Shown in pieces: positions 29,445 through 38,512 of a stretch of DNA of 64,000 nucleotides. The notes beneath the pieces are model-generated. The model was not told the origin of the DNA, did not search any database, and was given only the letters and a program-made list of their open reading frames with translations. Where the stretch lies: positions 32,730 to 96,729 of the forward strand of contig PXUB01000042.1 in NCBI GenBank assembly GCA_003009755.1. The letters are read 5' to 3'. Every line of letters begins with the position of its first letter. Position 1 is the stretch's first letter. The stretch comes from Thermoplasmatales archaeon SW_10_69_26. GTDB taxonomy: Archaea; Thermoplasmatota; SW-10-69-26. Both the position numbers and the translations under genes were made by a program.

Positions 29445-30224
29445 TCACAAGATCAGGTAGATGCCGAGCCCGATCAGAGCCACCGCGATCAGGACTTGCG
29501 CCACGCGGCCGGGCGAGGGCAGGATGGGCTCCACCATCTCGCGCTCGTCGCCTTCCGCGGCGCCTGCGGCCACCGTGATCGTCTCGGGGCCACCGGCGCG
29601 ATGATCGGTCACGTTCTTGGACTCGCCGTAGCGGAGGAAGAAGAACGTGGCGAACAGGACGATGAAGATGATGACGAAGGAGATGACACCGACCCAGTAG
29701 GCGAGGTAGTCGACACCGAAGTCCTCGATGCCGCCCTCCTCGCCGCCACCGGTCGCGCCGACGGCGAGCGTGCCCTCCATGCCTTGGGACTGGTGACCGG
29801 GAACCGAGCAGATGTAGCCGACCTCGCCCTCGTAATCCTCGCCGAACGTGACGGTGAGGTTGTACTCCTCACCGGGGTCGAGCAGCGGCGTCTTGACCGC
29901 CTCGCCGTTGCCGTCTTCGCGCTGCCGGACGTCCTCCTCGGCGTGTTCGAAGTCTTGGCTGAGGAACGCGAAGTCGTGGGCGACCCCCCCGACGTTGACG
30001 ACGTGGAAGGTCACCTCGGTGTTGGGGCCGACCGTCATCTCTTCGGGATGGGTCGCGAACGGATCGTCCTGGCCCGGACCCAAGCGAACCTCGATCGTGG
30101 CTTCCGTGGGGCCGGTGAGCTCGTCCTCGGCGGCGTCGCCCTCCTGAGCGGCGACGAGGCCGGAGGCCAACGCGAAACCCGCGATCACGGCGACCAGGAG
30201 GGCGCATCGGGCTCGGGTTCCCAT
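29445..30224 (-). CDS. Membrane-anchored blue copper protein (halocyanin/plastocyanin-like)
   Basis: Signal peptide; HDF...ICSVPGH..QGM type-1 Cu ligands; two C-terminal TM helices. Confidence 0.85.
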   Translation of the reverse strand: MGTRARCALLVAVIAGFALASGLVAAQEGDAAEDELTGPTEATIEVRLGPGQDDPFATHPEEMTVGPNTEVTFHVVNVGGVAHDFAFLSQDFEHAEEDVRQREDGNGEAVKTPLLDPGEEYNLTVTFGEDYEGEVGYICSVPGHQSQGMEGTLAVGATGGGEEGGIEDFGVDYLAYWVGVISFVIIFIVLFATFFFLRYGESKNVTDHRAGGPETITVAAGAAEGDEREMVEPILPSPGRVAQVLIAVALIGLGIYLIL

Positions 30225-30291
30225 GATGACGTCTCGCCGAAGCGAGTCGACCTATTAGACTTTTGCTTAGCCGACCCCCGGCTGTCTGGTT

Positions 30292-30428
30292 AAGCAGGGG
30301 CCGCGAAGGACACGAAGGATCGCCATGGCCACGAAGGGCCTGTGACTCGCCGCCGGGCGGCGTTGTCACGGCAGCTGCTCTCCTTTGTGCCCTAGCGTCC
30401 CTTCGCGTGCTTGGTGGTCCCCCCGTTT
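30292..30428. other. Candidate structured RNA or nested inverted-repeat element
   Basis: Nested complementary segments: AAGCA/TGCTT, CGCGAAGG/CCTTCGCG, CACGAAGGA/TCCTTTGTG, GTGAC/GTCAC, CGCCG/CGGCG. Confidence 0.4.
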
Positions 30429-30582
30429 GTTATCCTTACAGCGCGAGCCGACCCCACCCTCGGGAGGGTCTCCCTGTGCCGGATCGCCAACCCGTTCCGG
30501 CGACGCCGCGGGGGCTGTGGCTCCCCGTGACCCCGAAAACCTAAAGACCTCATCTGCGGGTCGTGCATGTGGAGGCGAGCCA

Positions 30583-31785
30583 GTGAACCGAACCTCGACC
30601 GCGATCCTCGTCGCCGTCGCGATGCTTTCGATGTCTGTTCCCGGGCAGGTGTCCGCGCACGAGAGCACGGCGGCGGACCTCAACGAGCTTGCTTACGACA
30701 ACGTCTGGCAGATCCTCGGTCCCGGAGGAGAGACCGACGATCCGACCGTCAACGAAGGCCTCAGCACGCTGGGGCTCGACGCCGAGGAGCGCGGCGGCGA
30801 GGCTCCCGACGACAACGAAGCCAGCTGCACGCACCACGACGACGGGATCATCGACGGTCAGGCTCCCGGCGACAACGTCTGCACCGACGACGACGGCGAC
30901 AGCGAACCGGACGACGACGTCCAGAACCTGAAGTTCTTCCAGTGCCAGGGAGCGAAGAGCTTCGCCAACCCCACCGAGCAAGCCGATCTCGAGTTCGAGG
31001 CTCCCTTCCCGGTGAACCACAACGACCTCGAGAACGGCATCTTCGAGGCGACCGGCAGCTTCTTCGTCCCCGTCGGGTTCAGTGGCGAGAACGCGAGCGA
31101 TGTCTCTGAGGTCCACTTCGGCTTCGCGCACACGTTCGCCTGGCCCGCCTCCTCCTCGCTGTGCCAGCCCCCGTTCCCGCTGTCCGGCGCCTACTACGAG
31201 TTCTACCGCGGCGACACGACGCCCGAGGACGGGTTCGAGATCCCGGTCAACACGCTGCTCGTCCCCGACGCCCCCTACGGCGCCGTGCTCCGCGCCCTCG
31301 ACGAGACCGGCAACACGCTCGGCGTGGCCTTCGTCTACGCGAACGTCAACAACTACCTCAACGACGCCAACTTCCGGCCGAACACGCCGAGCACATGCGA
31401 TAGCGATAACCCCGGCAACGCCGGCACCGACCTGTGCCCCTACCACGACACGACGCCGCCGCGCGCGACCGTCTACAAGTCCTTCGAGATGCCCGACGAC
31501 GTCTTCCCGCGCGGTGAGAACGCGGACGACGAATGCACCGAAGGTGTCGCCCTCGAGTACGGCGAGCCGGTGGAGACGTTCGAGGTGACCCGACCCAACG
31601 GGAACTCGGTCAGCTTCGACACCTACGACCCCGCCAACCGCGACGTCGACTCGACGCCCCTGGTGACCACGGCGAGAGACGACTGGGGTCCCGGCTTGTG
31701 CATCCTGAGCCCGCCCGGCGAGTTCACCGTGAAGGCGTGGGACCAGTCCGGCAACATCGGGGCGCAAACGATCATCACGACGTAG
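30583..31785 (+). CDS. Secreted acidic Cys-containing protein, no membrane anchor
   Basis: GGAGG + GTG start; signal peptide with AILVAVAM; Ig-like C-terminal end (VKAWDQSGN). Confidence 0.8.
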   Translation: MNRTSTAILVAVAMLSMSVPGQVSAHESTAADLNELAYDNVWQILGPGGETDDPTVNEGLSTLGLDAEERGGEAPDDNEASCTHHDDGIIDGQAPGDNVCTDDDGDSEPDDDVQNLKFFQCQGAKSFANPTEQADLEFEAPFPVNHNDLENGIFEATGSFFVPVGFSGENASDVSEVHFGFAHTFAWPASSSLCQPPFPLSGAYYEFYRGDTTPEDGFEIPVNTLLVPDAPYGAVLRALDETGNTLGVAFVYANVNNYLNDANFRPNTPSTCDSDNPGNAGTDLCPYHDTTPPRATVYKSFEMPDDVFPRGENADDECTEGVALEYGEPVETFEVTRPNGNSVSFDTYDPANRDVDSTPLVTTARDDWGPGLCILSPPGEFTVKAWDQSGNIGAQTIITT

Positions 31786-31803
31786 TCCCGAGGCCACCAC
31801 CAT

Positions 31804-31852
31804 GGCCGCGCTCCGCGCGGCCTCCCCTCCCGTCTCTTCTCTGCTGTCTTCC
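31804..31852 (+). terminator. Hairpin plus pyrimidine tract
   Basis: GGCCGCGC-TCC-GCGCGGCC followed by a C/T-rich run, 18 nt after the stop. Confidence 0.55.
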
Positions 31853-31962
31853 ACCGCCCAGCGGAGCTATGCCACCCTGCACGTTCTGTGCCCCAGGTCC
31901 GTTGTCCCCCATCACTCAAGTAGGACGAGACGCCTCGGTAGACCGAGGCAAGGAGGCAGTCG

Positions 31963-34449
31963 ATGAGTCGCAAAGCTATCGCTATCCTCGTCGCCGTCGC
32001 GATGGTGACCGTGTTCGTCCCCGTGTCGGCCGCGACGCACTTCAGTGCAGGATACGAAGATACCGTCGCGACCGGGGCCGTGGAAACCCCCGAGAGCCCC
32101 TCGGTGGCCGGGGACGAGACGGGAACCGACGACACGCCCTACGGCGTAGGGACCAAGGAGTCGGGGTGCTACGACGCTGACGCCACGATCAGCGCGGACG
32201 AGGCCACGGACGCGGCCACGACGGACGGGTTCTGCGGCGAGCTCGTGTACCAAGAGGACACGAACTACAAGCTCGTGAGCCCGCCCGACCAGGAGATCGT
32301 CGACGACGGGTTCATCGACGACTTCGACGTCCAACGCACCTACTTCGTCGGCTCCGGGATCGGCTTGTGCGAGCCGATGTGCGACGACGGCGACGACGCC
32401 GTCTCCGCCCAGAACCTGACCTGGAACGCCACCCACACCGCCGGCTCCGAAGCAGGCGTCACCGACGGCCCCGGGGACGCGCACGGGGAAGAGGACGGCC
32501 GGTCCAACAGCTACGTCGTCGAGGCGCAGACGGCCCACGCGCCCGGCGTCGTCCAACGCAACACGGACCTGTGGGAGATGAACGGCTGGGTCATTCCCTC
32601 CCTGGGCTACGGCGGCAGCTTCGTCGGGTTCCTCGAAGACAACGAAGGCAACGTCATCGACGACGACCGCCTCCAGAGGGAGATCGAAACGCGGGTCCTC
32701 GACGGGCGGTTGAGCCCCGAGACCGAGGCCAGCATCTGCGGGTACACGCCCGACCGCCAGTTCCAGTCCACCGGCGAGCAGGGCTTTTGCGAGGCCCCGC
32801 TGCTCTACGTCCCGCCCGACGAGGGTCCCGATCCCTCCGATCCCGGCTTCGACGACTACGACGACTCGTGCGAGTCGCCCACCTACGTCTGCGGTGAATC
32901 CACCGAGGGCGGGTACTGGGAGTCCGAGGCCGTCGGCCTCGCCGGCGCCTACGGCGGCCGCTACCAGGGCGAACACATGCGCTGGCACTGGGTCATCGCG
33001 CCGAACCAGCCCGATTGCCCCAACATGGAGCCAGGCTTCGACTTCGGCTCCGATCGGGCCGAGATGCCCTACCTGGCGCACGACCTGGACGTCTACACTC
33101 CGCCCCAGCGCCTGTCCGCGTTCGGCGACCAACCGTCCACCGACAACCTCTACAGCATCGACGACGGCGAGGACGGGTACGCGAACAGCTTCATCCAGGA
33201 GTCGCCCGACGTGCCCGCCGTCCCGATCGAGGAGACCGAGGAGCAGGCCGAATCGACCGCCGAACCGGTCCGCAAGGGTGACGTGCTCGAGCCCAACCAC
33301 GCCTCGCCGGCCCCCAGCGGCATCGACGACAACAGCCGCGTGGCGATCAGCGAGGATCGCACCCTCGGCCTAGGCTGCAGCGAGCTCGGCCAGACCGAGA
33401 CGGACGCCACCAAGGACCCGTGGGTCAACTACCTCGACACGAGCGTGAGCGTCGACCGCACCCTGACGGTGCGCGAGCCCGTCGTGGAGGAGCGGGCACC
33501 CCCGACGAAGGGCGGCGTCTCGACCGCACAGTACGGTCTCTACGGATCGCAGGACGACGAGCACGACGGCGACAACGACCCGACGACGGACCTGTACTCG
33601 ACCTCGGGCAACGTCGGCATGTTCACCGACAAGAACGACGACGGCGAGTACGACGTGGTCGTCGGTCCCAGCAACGCCGCCAGCGGCTTCGGCGCCGGCG
33701 TCTACTCCGGCGGCAACATCGAGGCGACGGGCGCCTACCCCATGCTGTGGGACATGCACGTCAACCAGACCGACTCCGGTCTCGAGGTCGACGAGACCTC
33801 CGGCTGCAGCGGCCCGTCCAGCCAGGAGTTCGCGAAGACGATGAAGCAGGCCGGCTACGGTCCGAACACCGGCCTCGCGCAGGCGATCTACCTCCGCGAA
33901 CCGACCGTCTTCGAGGACAGCCAGCTCGACGACGCCGACACGGCGGTATACGACGGCAACAACATCTACGTTCTGCTGAACGACGCGGCGCGGACCGCCT
34001 GGGACGGCGAGATCGACGACGGCGGCGACGACACCACGCTCGGCGAGGAGGTCGACGCCCTCGTCGAGAACCTGCGGACGTTCGTCGTGACCGAGCACGA
34101 GGCCCCCACAGCCTCGCTCGAGGTCGAGGAGCCGGGCTCAGACCTCGGCCTGGACTCGGACTTCTTCAGCCAGTGCGGGACCGACACCGGTGGCTACTCG
34201 CTGAACCCCTCGTTCCTGCACAGTTGCCGCATCGACTGCTCGGGAGACACGATCGCGACCATGTACACGTTCGAGGTCGACCGCGACGACCCCGGCACGA
34301 TCGGCGGCGGTCCGATCCCCGGCTTCCAGATCGACGGCTCGGCCTACGACTTCGGGACCGGCCAGCACACCTGGTACGACGTGGACCCGTTCGACGGTGA
34401 CGCCGACCGCAACGAGCAGCGGATGACGCCGCCCTCGACGGCGCAGTGA
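31963..34449 (+). CDS. Secreted acidic Cys-rich protein, paralog A (828 aa)
   Basis: AGGAGG SD; signal peptide; paired Cys; DKNDDGEYD loop; colinear with the downstream paralog. Confidence 0.88.
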   Translation: MSRKAIAILVAVAMVTVFVPVSAATHFSAGYEDTVATGAVETPESPSVAGDETGTDDTPYGVGTKESGCYDADATISADEATDAATTDGFCGELVYQEDTNYKLVSPPDQEIVDDGFIDDFDVQRTYFVGSGIGLCEPMCDDGDDAVSAQNLTWNATHTAGSEAGVTDGPGDAHGEEDGRSNSYVVEAQTAHAPGVVQRNTDLWEMNGWVIPSLGYGGSFVGFLEDNEGNVIDDDRLQREIETRVLDGRLSPETEASICGYTPDRQFQSTGEQGFCEAPLLYVPPDEGPDPSDPGFDDYDDSCESPTYVCGESTEGGYWESEAVGLAGAYGGRYQGEHMRWHWVIAPNQPDCPNMEPGFDFGSDRAEMPYLAHDLDVYTPPQRLSAFGDQPSTDNLYSIDDGEDGYANSFIQESPDVPAVPIEETEEQAESTAEPVRKGDVLEPNHASPAPSGIDDNSRVAISEDRTLGLGCSELGQTETDATKDPWVNYLDTSVSVDRTLTVREPVVEERAPPTKGGVSTAQYGLYGSQDDEHDGDNDPTTDLYSTSGNVGMFTDKNDDGEYDVVVGPSNAASGFGAGVYSGGNIEATGAYPMLWDMHVNQTDSGLEVDETSGCSGPSSQEFAKTMKQAGYGPNTGLAQAIYLREPTVFEDSQLDDADTAVYDGNNIYVLLNDAARTAWDGEIDDGGDDTTLGEEVDALVENLRTFVVTEHEAPTASLEVEEPGSDLGLDSDFFSQCGTDTGGYSLNPSFLHSCRIDCSGDTIATMYTFEVDRDDPGTIGGGPIPGFQIDGSAYDFGTGQHTWYDVDPFDGDADRNEQRMTPPSTAQ

Positions 34450-34467
34450 TCACGCGCGTCACCACCT

Positions 34468-34487
34468 GCTGGGGGGCAACCCCCAGC
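34468..34487 (+). terminator. 8-bp hairpin with GCAA tetraloop
   Basis: GCTGGGGG-GCAA-CCCCCAGC, 18 nt after the stop. Confidence 0.55.
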
Positions 34488-34611
34488 CCCTTCTCGGGGC
34501 CAGCCACCACCGCCGACAGAGCTCGGTGTTCCCCCAGATGCGTGCAACAGGAAAGCTTTTGAAGGCCCAGTGGAACTTCTTGACACGGCTCTGCCAGGCA
34601 GGAGGCGTTCC

Positions 34612-37088
34612 ATGAAGGCGAGAACACTTGCGGTTTGTCTAGCGGTAGCGATGCTCACGGTCACCGCGCCATCCGCCATGGCGCTTCACTTGAGCGCCGG
34701 CGGGGAGGACACGGTGCTGACGGGGATTCAGGAGGGGCCGGACTCCCAGAGCGTGGCGGGAGAGGAGAAGGAGACCAACGACACCCCCTACTGACGCAGA
34801 AGGGCTTCTGCAGCGACCTGGTGTACAACGAGGACACCGAGTTCGTGAGGTCCAGCCCTAAAGATCAAGATCTCCGGCCCGCGGACACCGAGGGCAAGAT
34901 CACGATCGACAAGTTCGACGTTCAACGTGCCTACTACACGGGCAACCTGTTCGGCGCCAGCTTCCTGCTGGGCTTCTCCGGCGAGCTCGTGGGCGTCGAT
35001 GGACTCGCGTGCGTGCCCATATGCGACGACGGCGACAGCACGGGCGCCCAGAACACGACGTGGAACACGGTCCACGAGGTCGGGGCTGAAGCCGGCCTCA
35101 CGGACGGCCCCGGGGACGCGAGCCAGAACGAGGACGAGGCCGACAACGACGGCCGAGCCCAGGACACCGGGGTCGCGCTCCACGTGCGCAACGCGCCCGG
35201 CGTCATCCAGGACAACACGAACGCCTGGCAGATGAACGGCTGGGCCATCCCGTTCCCGACCGAGCGCTTCGTCGGTCAACTGGTCGACGACGAGGGCAAC
35301 ACCATCACCGACGACCAGCTCGAGGATCGCGTCACCACGCTCGTCGACGAGGGGATCCTCACCAAGGGGACCACCCCCCAGATCTGCGGGTACACGCCCG
35401 ACATCAACTTCAGGTCCACCGGCGAGCAGTCCTTCTGCGACAGCCCGATGCTCTACATCGGCGACAAGGAGGACAACTCCGACGGGCTCCGCTTCGACGA
35501 CTACGGTGAACAATGCGGCTCGCCCGCCTACGTGTGCGGTCCCTCCAACGGTGCCTACTGGGAGTCCGCCGCGGTCGGCCTCGCCGCCTACGGCGGCCAG
35601 GACCAGGACGACCACATCAGGTGGCACTGGGTCGTTGCGCCCAACCAGCAAGAGTGCGGCTTCACGCAGCCCGGCTTCGACTTCGAGTCCGATGGCGCGA
35701 AGAAGCCCTACCTCGCCCACGACCTCGACGTTTACACGCCGGTGCAGGACCTGAACAACGCTCCGCACACGTCGATCGACGGCACACAAGCGTACGCGAG
35801 CGCCCTGTCCACCGAAGGGACCGACGTCCTATTCGATGCCCTCGACCAGGTGCCGGACCTCCCCGGTGGCGTCGACGACGCCGTCAACGACACCGCGGAC
35901 GCGGTGGACGAGGCGACCGCCTCCGTCACGACGGACAGCGTGCTCGAGCCCAACCACGTCGGCGCCGAGGACACCACGATCGACGACGACAGCCAGCAGC
36001 GCGTCGACGAGGAACGGTCCGTCACCGAAGACCCCTGCCAGCAGCTCGACGCCGACGAGAGCCCCGTCACGGTCGATCCGTGGGTCAACCTGCTCGACGC
36101 GGGCGTCGAGGACACCCGCGATCAGAACGTCGTCCTGGCCCCCACAGACGATCCGCTCGCCGGGACGAGCACCGTCGCCGACGGGATCGGCCTCTACGAG
36201 ACCGACGACGACTCGGTCGACGACGACAACGACCGGACCACCGACCGCTACGTGACCGACGGCTTCACCGGCGTCTTCACCGACAAGAACGACGACGGCG
36301 AGTACGACCGCATCCTCGGCTTCGGCGACGCCACGGACGGCTTCGGGTCGCCGGTCTACAAGCCGGACGACGTCCAGAGCGTCGGCGCCTACCCGATGCT
36401 GTGGGATATGGAGATCAACGTCGAGAACGGCCAGCCCGTCGTCGACGAGAACGCCGGCTGCTCGCTCAGCGACTTCCCGTTCTCGAAGGCGATGAAGGAT
36501 GCTGGCTACGGGCCGAGCACGGGTCTGGCCCAAGCGATCTACCTCGAAGAGCCGACCGTGTTCCAGGAGGCCTCCAGCCCCTCGAACGCGGCGCCCTACG
36601 ACGGCGGCCAGATCTTCGTCCTGCTCAGCCAGTCGCCACGTACCCAATGGGACGGCGACATCAGCCAGACGGACAGCGACCTCCCCCTCGACGGCGAGGT
36701 CGATCGCCTGGTCCGTGAGCTGATCGACTACCTCGAGGCCGAGCACGGCATCACCGTGACGGCCGACGACGTGGAGGAGCCGGGCGCCGAGCTGGGTCTG
36801 GACAGCGACTACGAGAGCCAGTGCGGTGAGTCCACCGGCGGCTTCACCTCCGCCGTGTCGTTCACGCACACCTGCGAGTCCGGCTGTGCGGGCGACACGA
36901 TCGCGACCGCGTACAGCTTCGAGGTCGCCGACGATCCGCTCGGCGGTGGGGAGATCCCGTCCTTGACGATCGAGGGCTCCGCCCACGAGTTCGGTCTCGG
37001 CCAGCAAACCTGGCACGACATCGACGCCTTCGACGGCGACCCGGACCGCAACGAGCAGAGGGAGAGCCCGCCGCCGACCGGCGACTGA
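34612..37088 (+). pseudogene. Secreted acidic Cys-rich protein, paralog B; frameshifting deletion near 34790 (real or assembly error)
   Basis: MKARTLAV...NDTPY* then continues in another frame as KGFCSDLVY...; about 24 codons present in paralog A are missing at the junction. Confidence 0.8.
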
Positions 37089-37104
37089 TCGGCTGATCCA
37101 GCGC

Positions 37105-37154
37105 ACGGGGGCCAAGCCCCCGTTTCCCTCTTCCTCTTCTCCGTCTTCCTCCTC
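37105..37154 (+). terminator. Hairpin plus pyrimidine tract
   Basis: ACGGGGGC-CAA-GCCCCCGT followed by TTCCCTCTTCCTCTTCT, 16 nt after the stop. Confidence 0.6.
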
Positions 37155-37270
37155 GTCGCAGATCGTTGTGCCCCTGCGCCGACCCGCGATCGGGGCGGTC
37201 CCCCCAGGGATCGTCTCCCCCGGGCCGAACTGGCAAAGGTTTAATGAGCTGCTGGGGGTCCCTTCCCACG

Positions 37271-38512
37271 ATGCGACGGTTCTCCCGAGCCAGCGCGGTC
37301 CTGTTGACCGCCGTCCTCGTCATCTCTCCGATCGCCTCTGCACAGCCGATGCTGCCGAGGGTGCTCGACGAGCACGTCGGCGAGGTCGACGAGGATCTCA
37401 AGGAAGCCAACTCGACGTACGGGAACCGATCCGAGTTCCAGCGCGCGACCGCCTCGCTGTCCCGGGCCAGCCTGTCGTTGCTCAACGACGCCTGGATCGT
37501 CTCCCAGGACGAGCTCGTGAAGGCCAACGGTGGCCTGGAGACCGGGCTCGCTCGCGCGCAAGCGAGCGGGTCGGGATCCGACCAGCAGATCGTCGACCAC
37601 GGCCGCCAGCTCGCCAGCGAGGCTCGCAGCGAGCTGCAGCGGATCCGCGGCAGCCTGGACAGCATGGAGCGCACCGGCCTCGAGCCGGTCGCCTTCTCCG
37701 GCGGCCTGACCGCCGCCTACACGGCCAACCGGGCGATGGATCTGCTCCGCGAGCACGACCGCGGGCTCCAGCAGTGGGAGAAAGGCAACCAGAACGAACA
37801 GGTGAAGATCGCCATCGTCTCCGGCGGCGCTGGCGCCAAGCTCGCCACCTCGATCGCCTCCGACGTCCTCGAACGGACCACCGAGGCCCGCGCCAACGCG
37901 TCCACGAGCGACCTGCTCACCGGGGACGAGCTGGACGAGCTCGTGAAAGACCGCGTGGGCTGGTCGGAGGCCAACGCCGCGCCCGCCGCCCAACCCAGCC
38001 GGGAGCGCGTCACCTCGCTGGCCGACGAAGACGAGCGGCTGATGGCCCTGTCGGCGTACACGATCTACTTCCAGGACGTCGCGTTCAACGGTGCCAACAT
38101 GCAGCAACAGCGCGGCAAGGACATCGACGCCTTCCAGGAGGCCCACGACCTCGTCGAGCGGGACAAGCCGGCCGTCGAGGCGTGGGTCCAACAGCTGGAC
38201 GTCCCCGGCGACGTCGCGCTCGGAGCGGTCGCCAGCGCCGACTTCACGCTCACGCTCAACCAGAACGCGACCGGACAGGCTCGCAACCAGTCCGGCGCCT
38301 ACGCGCTCGGCATGGCCCACCTCGGCATCGAGCAGGCCGGCCTGCTCGTCGAGGCGTACTCGGACCTCGAGCACGAACCCGGCACCGAGCTGGTCTCCCC
38401 CGACGCCAGCTCGCAAGACGAGGGTCTGCTGTCGGTCCCGGCTCCCGGAGCCCTCGTCGCCGCGGTCGCCGCCGCGTTCGCCGCGATCCGATCGCGGAGG
38501 GCCCAACGGTGA
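37271..38512 (+). CDS. Secreted, largely alpha-helical surface protein with C-terminal anchor
   Basis: TTTAAT box about 30 nt upstream; signal peptide; tail VPAPG + TM + RSRR. Confidence 0.82.
   Translation: MRRFSRASAVLLTAVLVISPIASAQPMLPRVLDEHVGEVDEDLKEANSTYGNRSEFQRATASLSRASLSLLNDAWIVSQDELVKANGGLETGLARAQASGSGSDQQIVDHGRQLASEARSELQRIRGSLDSMERTGLEPVAFSGGLTAAYTANRAMDLLREHDRGLQQWEKGNQNEQVKIAIVSGGAGAKLATSIASDVLERTTEARANASTSDLLTGDELDELVKDRVGWSEANAAPAAQPSRERVTSLADEDERLMALSAYTIYFQDVAFNGANMQQQRGKDIDAFQEAHDLVERDKPAVEAWVQQLDVPGDVALGAVASADFTLTLNQNATGQARNQSGAYALGMAHLGIEQAGLLVEAYSDLEHEPGTELVSPDASSQDEGLLSVPAPGALVAAVAAAFAAIRSRRAQR

Noticed and set aside
30240-30580. SRP RNA, RNase P RNA or 5S rRNA in the intergenic region
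   Set aside because: Diagnostic conserved motifs of these RNAs were not found
31963-37088. Paralog pair as a diversity-generating retroelement or phase-variation cassette
   Set aside because: No reverse transcriptase or recombinase nearby; divergence is spread over the whole length and not adenine-specific
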